Of a stretch of DNA of 64,000 bases, positions 38,631 through 50,600 are shown one piece after another. The translations under genes and the position numbers were made by a program. The DNA is from Lama glama (Eukaryota), in the NCBI GenBank assembly GCA_028534125.1, contig CM052818.1:36024001-36088000 (forward strand), written 5' to 3'. How positions within the stretch are numbered: the stretch's first letter is position 1; the number at the start of each line of letters is the position of its first letter. A model generated the notes under the pieces. That model was not told the DNA's origin. It ran no database searches and worked only from the letters and a program-made list of their open reading frames with translations.

Positions 38631-39880
38631 TATCGAAAATTTTTAAGTTTTTCTAAAATCTCTGATTGGTGATTGTATAGTTTTGAGTAAGTATAAAGTA
38701 AGATTGCAATTATAAAATAGGCTTTAACACCAAGGAATGTCTAGTCTGGATAAATGAATACTGAGTTTCTACTGGGTACCAGGCCCTGTGCTACAAGCTG
38801 GGCTAGAGATGACTTGGATACTCTCCACCCTCCAGGAGTCTAAAGGCCACATTCTTTGGTGAGGTTCCTTGGTTATTGGCCTTGTTGGCTCCAAAAACTC
38901 ATTTGTCAGCCCATCTGAAATCATCCCTCACATTAACCAAATTCAGAGGTTGACAATGTATTAATTTAGGCTGAGAATGATCACAGTCACATGGGCCAGA
39001 ATAGCACATTTTTCCCCCTGTGGGGTAAACTACGTAGGAAACCAAATTATGACGAGAATGTTGCTTACTAAGACTCAAATCGTCCCAGGTCAGGTAGTAA
39101 CTTAAAAGTTTAATGTGACCTGGCTAAAACAGACGGGAGGTACCCTTTTCCTCAATAAGCATGGCCTTGCCAATGAAACCATAACTACCACAAATGTGAG
39201 ATTTTCACTTCTCAGGACAGTAGAAGTTGGATGGACACTGTCATACTTTATCTCAGATATTCTTTCATAAAAATTTCTCCAGGTTAACAAATCTCCATTT
39301 CCTTCCGATTTCCCCTCAACATATACAGTCATAATTTGCTCATATTTTTTTGCAGTAATTTCTATTTTTTTCCTCTGCAATTCTGTACTCAGGTAGTTTA
39401 ACTCTGAAGATTCTTATTTCCTTACATTCCCTTCCTTAAAAGGCATCTTATTTATACACTCACATACAACAAACTTTAAATAGTAGGTGTATTTCTTAAT
39501 TAGGAAAACAATGTTCTAAACCTAGGGGGGAAATAATGGAAGGGATTTTGGTGAAAAAGTTAGGAACCGTCACACAAGGCCTTCTACAACTGCTCACTTG
39601 CTCTTCAACCAGGATCACACTGGGGCAAAATCCTTATGCTCAGATATGAAACTGAGCCCCTACCACATGAGGTAGAAGACACCAGGCACAGCTCTTTCTC
39701 CTGAGGTGGTCATAAAGGAGTTACCCCCGGTGTATCTTCTTTGATTGCCGACTTACCTACCCAAATTTTATGTAATCGGAACCAAAATCCACAAAATTTA
39801 CTCAATATTCTAAGAACATGGTGTACCCACTGTGGATTACCCAAAAGGCAAACTAAGCACATTCTTAGGGAACACTTGTG

Positions 39881-39881
39881 C

Positions 39882-39930
<49 letters not shown>

Positions 39931-39931
39931 C
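39881..39931. repeat. (CA)n microsatellite, about 25 units, imperfect
   Basis: CA run with two CG interruptions. Confidence 0.97.
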
Positions 39932-40939
39932 CCCTCTATTTGGAAATACTTTAGTATTTGAGAGTTCAAAAAAAGCAATGAAACAGTCATCATGAAAACT
40001 ACAAACAAATCAGAGAACTTATTGGACTTCTTGATGCTTAAACGTCAGTATGTTAGGGGCTTTTTGGGTTTTTGGTTTGTTTGGTTTTTTAAATTTCACA
40101 CAGGGATTTAGAGCCTCTAAACTCCTAATCCAACTTTGGTGATACTAATTCTAGTATAAATGTTTTTAGAACCTTTACCATTAAAACCACCTAACATTCA
40201 CATTCATCAGGGAATTACATCTATGTATTCTAAATTTCAACATGTTTCAGCCACTGAATGTACTCCTGACTCCTTAGAAGCCATGAAAAGTTTTCACATC
40301 TCACTTTCATCATACACCAAAATAGCTCTTAAAGTTAATTATACTTAGAGTTGGGGTTTTGTGCCAAACACCCAAAACCTAACTATTAATTATTATTCTC
40401 TAACTATCAAACTACGTGTCAAAACCTGTCCCTGCCCCAAGGCTTACTACATAAACTACAAAAACAAATCAATTCAGACTACACACTGCATCAAATTAAA
40501 AGCAAGGCTAAACTTGAAAGACACAAACTTCAGGAAAGTTTTTTTATAAATTCCTAAGAAGTTACCATAATTTTAACCAGAATTATTTCTTGGTTTGAAA
40601 GTAGAATTTTCTATTTTTGTTTTAGTCTTCTAACAATGCCACTGCCACTGTTCCAGGAAAGAATATTTAACTTAGGAAGAGAACATTAGAGATGTAATAC
40701 TCTCCCTTCTCTCAAATGAAAAAAATCAAAGCACAACACAAAACCCTTTGATATCACCTAGATTCTCCTTGATCACCTGAGTGAACTAAAATATATCAAG
40801 CCGTTGTAACCAGAGCCTCAAAGATAATAACATACTGAAAAGAGATTTTAATATTTATTTTTCTTTCATTTAAAAAACAGCCATCAGTACCAATATGTCT
40901 GCCTGACAAAAATATTTTAAGAGACGTATTTCATGGTAT

Positions 40940-41427
40940 CTGTCTATTCCTATTGCTCCTCCTTTCCCCTTGGCCTCCAGACACTACAAGCCCAAAGCAC
41001 AAGCATGGAGCCAAGTCAGACTTGTTTAACAGCTTGATCTCACCATCCTGACTGCAGTGGATTGGACCAGGAGTGGGCACCTGAGCCAAGCTGGACCAAT
41101 CAAGAGTCTCAACACAAGAAATCTGGAATTAGAACCTAAAGGAGTCAACCTTTCTTTAAGTGACTAGACTTAGACTATGGAGGTAGGAGTGGGGTGGGGA
41201 TGAGGTGAGGCCATCTTCCACCCGTATGGGAGACTGGAGAAGGGTGGGAAGCAAGTCCACAGGCAGAAAAAAAGAGGAAGCACAAGGGCAGAGATGAGAC
41301 AGATTGCTTGGACAGTGTCTGGTCCCTGGTTCCATTTGCTGGCTTCCTTCCTGCCCAGGTATCACGGGAGCTCTCCAATAACTTTCTATAGACTACTACT
41401 CTTTTTTTTTTTTCCTGCTTAAGCTCC
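40940..41427 (+). mobile_element. LTR16-like ERVL LTR
   Basis: 'cagtggattggaccaggagtgggcacctgagccaagctggaccaatcaagagtc..gtccctggttcca..ttttcctgcttaagct'. Confidence 0.65.
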
Positions 41428-42111
41428 TTAATGAAAATGAGATAACAGGCAATCTCTTAAAAATGACTTAGTCTGAAATCTTTTTAAATCCCTCTTCCTA
41501 CAAATGAGTAAATACCATTTCAAAGTGTGGTAAAAATTCTGTTGCTTCAAAATAGATTGTCTACAACATTGGACCAAAGAAGCCAGGCACAGATGGGTAC
41601 CTACTGTATGGCTTTACTGATATAAAATCCGGGAGCTGGCAAATTGATGAAGTGTGTATTTTACCACCTGCAAATTATTCCTCAATAAAGAAGAAAAAAA
41701 GTGGTTCGTAATCAGATAAGATCATTTCACAGAATTGAAAACCAGACAGACATTAAGATTTCATTTTCTGTAAACTGCCTATTTGGAATGTAATGGAGCT
41801 TTTCTAAGTATTTTGAGTAATGCGACCTTACTAAAGTAACGTGGTCAGTGTGGGTGGTCATGAATGGCAAGATATCTATTTAATTAGTTATTGTGGCTCA
41901 CACTGGCCAGACAGGGGGTGTACATCTTTAAGGCCATGCACCCTGGATGCAGAGGGAGGAATTCCAAGCTCCAAGAGCCTCCTCACACAGTGTTTCTGAC
42001 TGTAAAGTGAAACTTGACCTACTATTCATATCTTCATATTTCAGGTAAGAGTTCTTCCATTTTGGAAGTTCTTACTTATGCACATTTAATGCAAAACCAG
42101 AGAAATTATTG

Positions 42112-42350
42112 ATGGTATAATATAGTGAGAACAAAGAACATAGACTTGAGAGTCATAAAAATCAGGAGTCAAATTCTAGCTCTTCCACTTCCTAAACATG
42201 TGACTGGCAAAATGATCCAGTTTCTCTAAACTTCAGTTTCTTCGCCTGTGAAACGAGGTTTATAATACCTGCCATATACTGTTATCTTAAGGATTGGAGA
42301 TTGTATTTATATGAGTGCCTGGCACACTCAGCAAACAATGGTGGTGGTGA
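42112..42350 (+). mobile_element. MIR SINE
   Basis: 'tcaaattctagctcttccacttcct..tgtgactggcaa..tttctctaaacttcagtttcttcgcctgtgaaacgagg..gtgcctggcaca'. Confidence 0.8.
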
Positions 42351-44051
42351 TTGTTAAATATTAACAGAACTGGGTATTAGCCATTCTTAGCACTTATGGC
42401 TGAATGGTTTTGTTCAAGGGCTGCAGTTTTTCCGACACTCACATTTTTCACTTACTAAAAAAGCCAAAAATATCCACCTGTTGAGGAGTGGCTTCTGAGG
42501 TTAAACTAATTTGCAAGCAGTCTATTTTTATTCTTGCTTGCACTCCTACGTGGTTCTACTGAATTAAGCACTTTTAAACTATAGATCCTAGGAAACAGGG
42601 AAAAGGTCTATTTATTGGGTATGTGCAACATAAAAGTTAAAAATGGCAAATAGCACCAGCACCCCATCCTAATCTCCGTCTGAGGTCCAAGGGAGAAAAT
42701 TCTCCTGGTCTGGTCATTCCTCCCTAGGGTGGATGGGGATGGCAACCGACTTAAGGTCGCTGACCTCATTTTGAGCAGCGATTTCATTACTCTATTTTTC
42801 AGATGTTCATCTCATTCTTGAGGGAAGTCAGATAGGGCAAGTTTCAAGCCTATCACTTAAACAAGCAAACTGTGGCTTCCCATTGGCTTATCCTCCTACA
42901 GTGCTCTGGCACCAGAGCAAGGACGGCCACTCCTCTCTCTGCTGGGAGTGGGTGTAGAGGCTAGGGTGGCGGTAGTTATCTTTTCTTGTATTTCATTGGT
43001 TCAAGATATCTTACTTAGGGAGAAAAAAATGGTAATAATAGAAATAAAAATGTTTGTCCCGCTAGACTGGACCAAGCAGTACAAAATGATCTGATCCATT
43101 GTATATTTTAAACTAAAACATTGTTGCTTTCTGAACCCAGAATAGCATGGCCTGTGTTTCTCTATTTAAAAGGGGAAAAGAAAAGCACCACAACTCAGCA
43201 TGGGAAAATTCCCAGCACAAGGCTGACCCCTCATTTTACCTCTTTTTTCTTCATACCAACCAAGGTTAGATGACCACAAACAGAACTTTACCCTGCTTCC
43301 TAGGATTGCTGTGAGGATTAAGTGAAATAAAATTACTCTGTCAAGTGCAAATGCCACATAAATATTAGTTAGGTTATTACAAGAAGGAAACTGGTACCAC
43401 TCCAGGTTTGTGCTGGAGACAGCAACAATGAACTAAACAGGCAGCTGGGCCAATCTGCCAGACAGGAAGCACGCCTGACTCTTGAATACAGGCCAGATTC
43501 CCTTCCGCTGAGCTATACCTGCCAGACTGGAAGCCCCTGGTGCTTCAGTCATGAAAGGGCATGTCCTGTCCAGGGCTTCCATGGCCTCGCCCCAGTCTGG
43601 GCCTTTGGCCCTACCCTGCAGTACTGGCCCCGGGCCAAGCCTGGGCTAGCTTCCCCCTCTAGTTGCCCGGTACCGCCTTTCCGGTACCACCAGGCCTTAA
43701 GCCAGAATCTCAAGTTTTGCACAGCACAAGTGGCTCAAGTTGGGAACATTCTTTTCCTCATACCAGGGAATTCCCCTTCCCTCCTCTTTCCATTAAAGTC
43801 ACTTCTGTTTCCACTTCTTCTGTGTCTCATCTGCTCCAGGGCTCCAGATTAGGATCTGGGAGGTCAAGAGGCTAAGATAAGAGCAAAGAACAAATTTGTC
43901 TCATTGACCATTCCTCTAAATTGAGTCTCAGCAGCTCCCCACTAGTGCTACTTCCTTGCTAATTCCTTGTTTCTAGGAGCTGCAACACAAAAGGTTCTTA
44001 ATAACTATTTACCAAATGAACACGAATGTCAGCTTCATGAATCAGCAAATA

Positions 44052-44510
44052 TAGGCATACCTTAGAGATTTTGTGGGTTTGGTTCCAGACCACCGCAGTA
44101 AAGCAAATACCAGAATAACTTGAGTTTTTTTGTTTCCTAGTGCATATAAAAGTTATGTTTACACTACACTGTAGTCTATTAAGTGTACAATAGCTTTATG
44201 TGTTAAAAAATGCACATACCTAACTAAAAAATACTTCATTGTTTAAAATTCTAACCATCATCTGAGTCTTCAGCAAGTCATAGTATTAACATCAGAGATC
44301 ACCGATCACAGATCACCACAACAAATATAATAATAATGAAAAAGTTCAAAATATTGTGAGAATTAACAAAATGTGACACAGAGACACAAAGGTAGCAAAT
44401 ATGTTAGAAAAAATAGCACCGATAGACTTGTTTGATGCAGGGTTGCCACAAACCTTGAATTTGTAAAAAATGCAGTATCTGTGAAGCACAATTAAAGTGA
44501 AGTCTGCCTG
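44052..44510 (-). mobile_element. Tigger1-derived non-autonomous element (internally deleted, ~460 bp)
   Basis: TIRs taggcatacctt ... gaagtctgcctg (consensus caggcatacctc), TA duplications at 44050-44051 and 44511-44512; both Tigger1 termini fused with no transposase. Confidence 0.9.
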
Positions 44511-44781
44511 TATGTGTCAAGTGAAGCCTGGGGCATTTTCCGGGGCTCTAACTTCCCCTATCCCCTGGCCTGCTTTTCATCTGTTCTTATATTCAGAAAC
44601 TAGGGCAGCCTCAGCTTGGTTTCCCAGATTAACTTTGACTTTAGTTCTTTATGTACGAAGGATCACTGTCAGCACATCTATTCTTTCATGTGAGTTTTCA
44701 GAGGAAAAGCAAGCTAAAAAAGGGAAAAACCTTACTTCCCTTCTATTTCTTAGAAGGGTTAGAATCAATGTGACAGTAAGA

Positions 44782-44801
44782 GTGTGTGTGTGTGTGTGTG
44801 T
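44782..44801. repeat. (GT)n microsatellite
   Basis: About 10 GT units. Confidence 0.9.
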
Positions 44802-45039
44802 TTAGCTGTGGTATGGAAAGACTATGAATTTGTGTTATTTTCCTGGCTAGAAAGCACTGTTGCTAACAGTAGAGGCAGATTAACTCCTACCAAAGATAGA
44901 AGGTAAAGGGGGTGCAGCTTTAGATTCCCACTACTCACTACTACTATCTCCAGATGTCCTGAGGATTAGAGGGGTACAGCCAGTTTTTCCAGTGTTCAGT
45001 AGTGGAATACTGCTCCACAGGTAGAGCACATCTAATATG

Positions 45040-45700
45040 AACCCCAGATAATATCAAACAGTCAAATATGCACGTAATTGAAATGCACAAAGGAGATGAG
45101 AGGGAGAATGGGGCAGGGGAAAAAAAAGCATTTAAAGAAATAATGGCTAAGATTTTTCTTAATTTGATGAAAGACAGAAATTTGCAGATACAAGATTATA
45201 AATGAACACCAAGCAGAATAAACATAAAGAAGTCCATGCTGATGCATATCAGAGTCAAATTATTGAAGACAAAGAGAAACTTTTAAAAGCAGCAAGAGAA
45301 AATGACATACGGAGGGGAAAAAATGATCTGATCAACAGCCAACTTTCTTCTAAAACCATGGAGGCCAGGGAGAATGGAAAAACATCTCTAAAATGCTGAA
45401 ACAAAACAAAACAAAAACTCTGTCAATCCAGAACTTTATATTCAGTGGATAAATATCATTCAAGTATGAAAGCAAAATAATATTTTCAGATAAAACTAAG
45501 AGGGTTTGTAGCCAATGGACCTGGACTCTAAGAAACAGTAAAGAAAGTTCTTCAGGTTGAAGGGAAATATTACCAGATGGAACCTTGGATCATCAGGAAA
45601 TAATGAAGCACACCAAAAATGATTAATATCTGAGTATATTTTTTGAACTATTTTTTGCTCCTTTTCTTTTAACTTCTTTATAAATTACTTGTTTATAGCA
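45040..45700 (+). mobile_element. Old L1 ORF1 fragment
   Basis: ORF 45202-45399 (..EDKEKLLKAARE...SSKTMEARE) matches L1 ORF1p RRM/CTD motifs. Confidence 0.85.
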
Positions 45701-47799
45701 TTGTCTTGGGCGATTTATTATCAGTGAAGGTATTATGTATGAGCTCCAAGTTCTCACAGCCCTCCTACTCTATATTTATCTTATGGGATATGTGAAGTCT
45801 ATAATTGCTTCTGTTCTCTATTCTAGCTTCTTTCCATTACTATGAATTTGTTAGGGGGGTAGACTGGGTAGGAATGGGGTAAAGGATGGCATCTTTGCAA
45901 AACTAACAGAAACGGGGATAGATAGAACATAAGATACATATGGTTCAGACGGAGGATCAGTGCAGGGAAGGCAAACAGGTTGAGATTAAATACTCCTGCG
46001 GTAAACACTAGGCTACCAGGAACAGCCCTGGAATCCATTTTAAATTGTGGCAGAATTTGGGGAAGAAAAATGTAGCATACCTAGTCCCCAACCTTCTTAC
46101 CTTACTATAATTCCGAATCTTCTTTAGACTTGACAGTTATGTCTACATGTCTTAGGTAGCACTTAGTTCCTCCAGGCTTCTGATCTGCAGTTGGTGCTGG
46201 AGGTGAATAAGAGGTGGTGGGATTTGTGAAATACTAAGGAGAGAAGTTACAGATAGTTCCAAGTCGTGCCCTGTGAAGAGAAGAGGAAGTCAAAGCACTG
46301 GGATGGTGGAGGTAACACTTATATGAATGAATCATGAACGCTCAAAGAGTAGGATAGGATGGACAAACTGGCCTCAAAGTTCTGAATGGAACCCTGGGAT
46401 TATAACTGTTTTGTGTTCAGGGTACTAAAGGCTCCCAGCTGTATACACACAGGACCCCAATTTCTATCAGAGGTTCTTAGCTTGTTGGTTTATTTTAGGG
46501 AGACTTTAAAAATGTTTCTCATTTCTTAATAACCATTCCTTTCTAGAAAGTTCATTTTTGTCCTGCCAAGGATTTGGCACCTCCTTCAGAAAAAAAAGAG
46601 GACTCAGGGTGAATTGTATCAGGTCCAGAATCCAGAAACACAAATGACATTGATCAAATCATGGTAAGGAAATGCCAATCCGCCTATCAGGAATAAAAAA
46701 ATAGGTTTCATCTTATAGGCCAACTCTCTGGAGCACTATGTTGAGAAGGATTCAGAGGCTTGGACTTAAGTATGGGCACCGCGATTAACTGGTGATGTCT
46801 GTCATGGGAATGAGACCGTGTGCTCAAGAGAGCTGCCTCTAGCTTGGGTGGTTGGTCTGCAGATTAACTGGTCCCCAGTAGATAAGGGATAGACTGACTG
46901 GTCTCTAGTAGATAAGGGACTCCCTAGGCTAATGCAAAGGAGTCAGGTCTCTCTGTGTCACTGAAGCCCAGGACCTGTCTGTCAGGTCCTGCTTAGGTCC
47001 TAATCGAAGAGTTAGGAAAAACATTGAGTGTGAGAGCAGGAAAAGCCTGTTTATCATCACTGATGTTTGCGAAGTTTCTCACATGAGTTGGCTGGCTAGT
47101 TCGTATAGGCCTGGGCTTTGGAAGCATCCCTCTCAAGCCAGCCTTGTCACCTTCACGTGCCCCAACAGGTAAAGAGGAAGCCATGGGGTCAGTTGATCTG
47201 CACAGATTTCTCCTTTACCAACATAAGTCATGGGGATATGAGTTTCGTACATACAGCCCTATGCTGCCTCTAAAAGCTAACAGAAATCTTGGGTCTTGGG
47301 TCCCACTTTGTTACGCCCATAGGAACCACTGACTATTCCCCTAAGCCCAGCTAACAAAAGCTGTTCTCTTGAAGGAGTGCTGTGTCAAGCCCAAGCCCAC
47401 CATAAATGGTGGTGACTTGAGTTAAAATCTGGTCTTTTGTGAGGAAACCAGGAGCTGAAAGGGGAGAAAAAAAAAAGATACTGAATTTGAGCTTCACCTG
47501 TCAGGCAGCTATCAGATGGAGAAGAATGTTTAGCATTTGCAAGCCTGAGGTAGTGGAGTTCAAGGAGAGATGACTATCTCACTGCTTGGCCAGAGTTTAT
47601 GGGGTAGTTGCTCTGCGTGTAGATGGGGGGGTTGCACTTTTCTCGACTTTTCTCCTGTGTTATGGAGGAGGGTGAGGAGCGCTGAATGGATGACTGTTGG
47701 GTATGGTGAGCCTTCTGGGGTACCTGGGTATGGTGAGTCCTTCTGGGGTACCTGGGGCTGGTGAAAGGCCTGTAACAGACCCCTGAGCAGGGTGGGAAT

Positions 47800-49000
47800 G
47801 ACCTCCTCGCGCCTCACTCCCGTTCCCGGGGAACCGTGCTCCCAGGTCGACGAAGAAACCTTAGTGAGTGCGAAGGCTCCAGAGAGAACCCCACGTGGGG
47901 TGCAGCAGGGAAGAGCCGGACACTGCGTGGTCCGTTTCCAAAAACCGTGGGGTCTGCAGTGGCAGGAAACGCACCACCGAACGTCAACCTGGCATCTCGG
48001 GGAGGAGCCAGGTTGGTGGGCGCCCCTCCAGGAAGGGCTGCCGAGTCCGGGGCTTCCCCGAGGGGCGACTGGAGCCCTAGGACCAGGCCCGCGGGGTCTG
48101 GTACCGAGGGGTGAGGAGCCGCGCTCCGGCTAGTTTCGGGTTCCCGAGGGTGGGGGTGTCGGTGCCCGGCAGCGGGCGGGCCGTCAGCTGCCCGGCCCGT
48201 CGCCTCCCTCCCCGCCCCCCGGCTTCCTGCGGAGGCCGCGGCCGCCATGTTGTTGCAGGGCTGAGGCGGCGCCGCGGAGCCCGAGCGGCCGTGACAGGCT
48301 GCGCAACAGGTTCGCTGACGACGGCCAGGCGACGGAGCGGGAGCGGCGGCGGCTGCCGAGCAGGATCTCCCGGCGTCCGCCCGCGCCCGCGTCGCGGGTG
48401 CCGAGGGGCGCGGGGTCGCGCTGTGACGTGCGGGACGCGCGGCGGGCGCGCCAGGTGGGTGAACCCTCTCGCCGGGGCTGCCGCAGGGTGCGGGGCAGGT
48501 GCGGGCGCCGCCGCGTCCGCCGCGGGAGGCTCGCGGGCCGGGCTGGGAGGCGGCTGCGCGCCCGGCACGACACGGACGGGCCCTCGGGAGCCCCGGCGGC
48601 CCCCGAGCTAGGCCCCTGGCGGGCTTGGCGGCGCCGGGCGGAAACCTCTGGCCCTGGGTTCCTGCCTCCGCGGCGGGTCCAGGGCGGACGTCTGGGGGCC
48701 GGGGCTGGGCTGTCTTTTCCCGGCGGCCCAGCCCTGGCCCCCGGCCGCAGCCTCTTCTGGCAGGTGCGGATGCCGCCGTGGGCCGGGAGCGGGGAGGCCC
48801 CCTCGCTTTCGGGGTGCGGGCATTAGAGAGTCCTGAGGGGCACCCGCACGTTTCTCCGGGGCCCCATTTTATTTTCGCAGAGTTGGTTTTCCGTCTTGGT
48901 AATGGTTGGTGCTGAATGTCAGGTGAGCCGCATCCCGGTGCGTCAAAGTAGCCCGAGTCACGAGAGGCCAGTGGGCGGATGCTCGGCGTCCAACGCTGGG
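47800..49000 (+). promoter_or_regulatory. CpG island, TATA-less promoter of an unidentified gene
   Basis: Abrupt switch to very GC- and CpG-rich DNA; GC box CCCCGCCCCC (~48210), ETS-like CTTCCT (~48223), YY1 motif GCCGCCATGTT (48241-48251), CRE-like TGACGT (48424), E-box palindrome (47888-47901). Confidence 0.92.
48230..48454 (+). other. Probable non-coding first exon (5' UTR); start approximate
   Basis: Follows the GC box/ETS cluster and ends at donor CCAG|GTGGGT (48454/48455); its ATG at 48247 closes after 5 codons; downstream DNA is T/G-skewed and intron-like. Confidence 0.6.
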
Positions 49001-50379
49001 GTTAAACCAAAGTTGGGAAGTGTTACAATTTGACTTTAGCGTTATTGACTTGCAGGGTGTACAGGAAGCATGGAGAGATATAATCTCTTGGACCACAGTA
49101 AAGTTTATTGCTTATTTTTTTAAAAGACGCCTGAATGTTTATAGTGAATGGATAAACCGAGGCTGAAACTGCAGATGGTTTTCCATTCTATAAAAAGCTG
49201 CTGTATTTGGATTTATTATACATGCGCTTTATCGTTGAATGATTACTGATGGCAAGTATGCTTCATTTGAGACTTGTATTAATTAGGAATTAGGAGTATT
49301 TTTCATAGAGCCAACCACTTTGTGATAGGAATTAAGGTTAACACAAAAATGATTGCTTTACTAAATGCTTTAGTTTGTTTTTATTAGTATTTATTTGCTT
49401 ACCCAGTGATAGGCGAGGTGTGCCTTGAAATTTTGTGGTGTTCTAGTCAGCTTAATTTAGGTAACATAGACTGTAGGTTAAGCTTCTTAAGCCTCTTAAG
49501 AAAATTAATTGCCTCTCTCCCTGTGCTTGTTTGCTGTATTGTTAATCAGTGATAAAACCTAACTGCAATCTAGTAACATCACGTAAAACCTTTACATAAA
49601 TTAATGACGCCCCTCAAAATTTAAAGATAATAGCAAACTGATGTACTAGGTTTCTTTGGCGGTGCCTACAATTCCCTTGTAATTTCTTTTTTCTCCCAGC
49701 TTTATTGAGATATGATTGACATATATCTGTTGTAATTTTAGAAGTGTAAAATGGAAGTTGTTTTTAAAAGCTTAATTTCAGAACAAACAGAATTTTGTGT
49801 TTTTGAAGGACATGGAAAAAATATGCATGGCTGCTGTTTTGACATAGTATGAGCAGCAGAAAAGCTTGCATTTTTTATCCTTTAATGCATATTATTTATT
49901 CCCTTTGCTCACCTTTATAATGAAAGTTAGAATTGCCTGAGAAAACTTGACCTGGACTGAATTGTTGAGCAGGGAGGTACTAATGTTAGTTCAACATATC
50001 TCAAGATTAAAATTCTGGTCTCTCCTGAATATGAGGGAATGTGTTAGGCATGTTCTGGGATTGGAATTAGAGTTTTAAAAAATTTTGTATTTTCACAAAA
50101 TCAGAATAGTAAAAGGAACCTCTGTACATCCATCACCCAGATTCAGCAGCTTTCAAGATCTTCTTTATCCATCTTTCTTTCTTCCTCATCTTTATTTTTT
50201 AGTTTTTTCACTCTATATAATTAGCATGTCTATTTTTTAAAAAGTGGAAAATTTCTTACATAACCTTAATATTTTTATTTTATTGTGTCTTTAGTACAGT
50301 TTCACAAAAGACAAAAAGAACATTTATTGGCTATCTCCTTGAACTACTCTCCTCAGTGTTAAAATATATTTACCATGGT

Positions 50380-50600
50380 TGTCATTTATTGAGCACTTAC
50401 TGCATGCCAGGCCCTGTTCTGTGTTAGTTACATAATCATTTAAAGTTCACAGAGACCCTTTGAGTAGTTCTTTTCCTCCCGTCAAATAGTTAAGTGAAAT
50501 GTTAACCAGGAGGTTAACTGATTACTCTAGGTCTTTGAGCCAGGTTTCAAACCAAGATCCTTCTAACTTCAGCACCTGTGCCCTCACCTGGTACATTCGT
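50380..50600 (-). mobile_element. MIR SINE
   Basis: 'catttattgagcacttactgcatgccaggccctgttct...gagccaggtttcaaaccaagatccttctaacttcag'. Confidence 0.75.

Noticed and set aside
48230..48454. Assigning a gene symbol to the promoter
   Set aside because: No coding exon in the window and I do not reliably recognise the 5'UTR; a BLASTN search is needed.
47792..48915. Many overlapping 100-166 aa ORFs on both strands
   Set aside because: Ala/Arg/Gly/Pro-rich frames expected from stop-codon scarcity in a CpG island; no recognisable domain, and several cross the likely splice donor.
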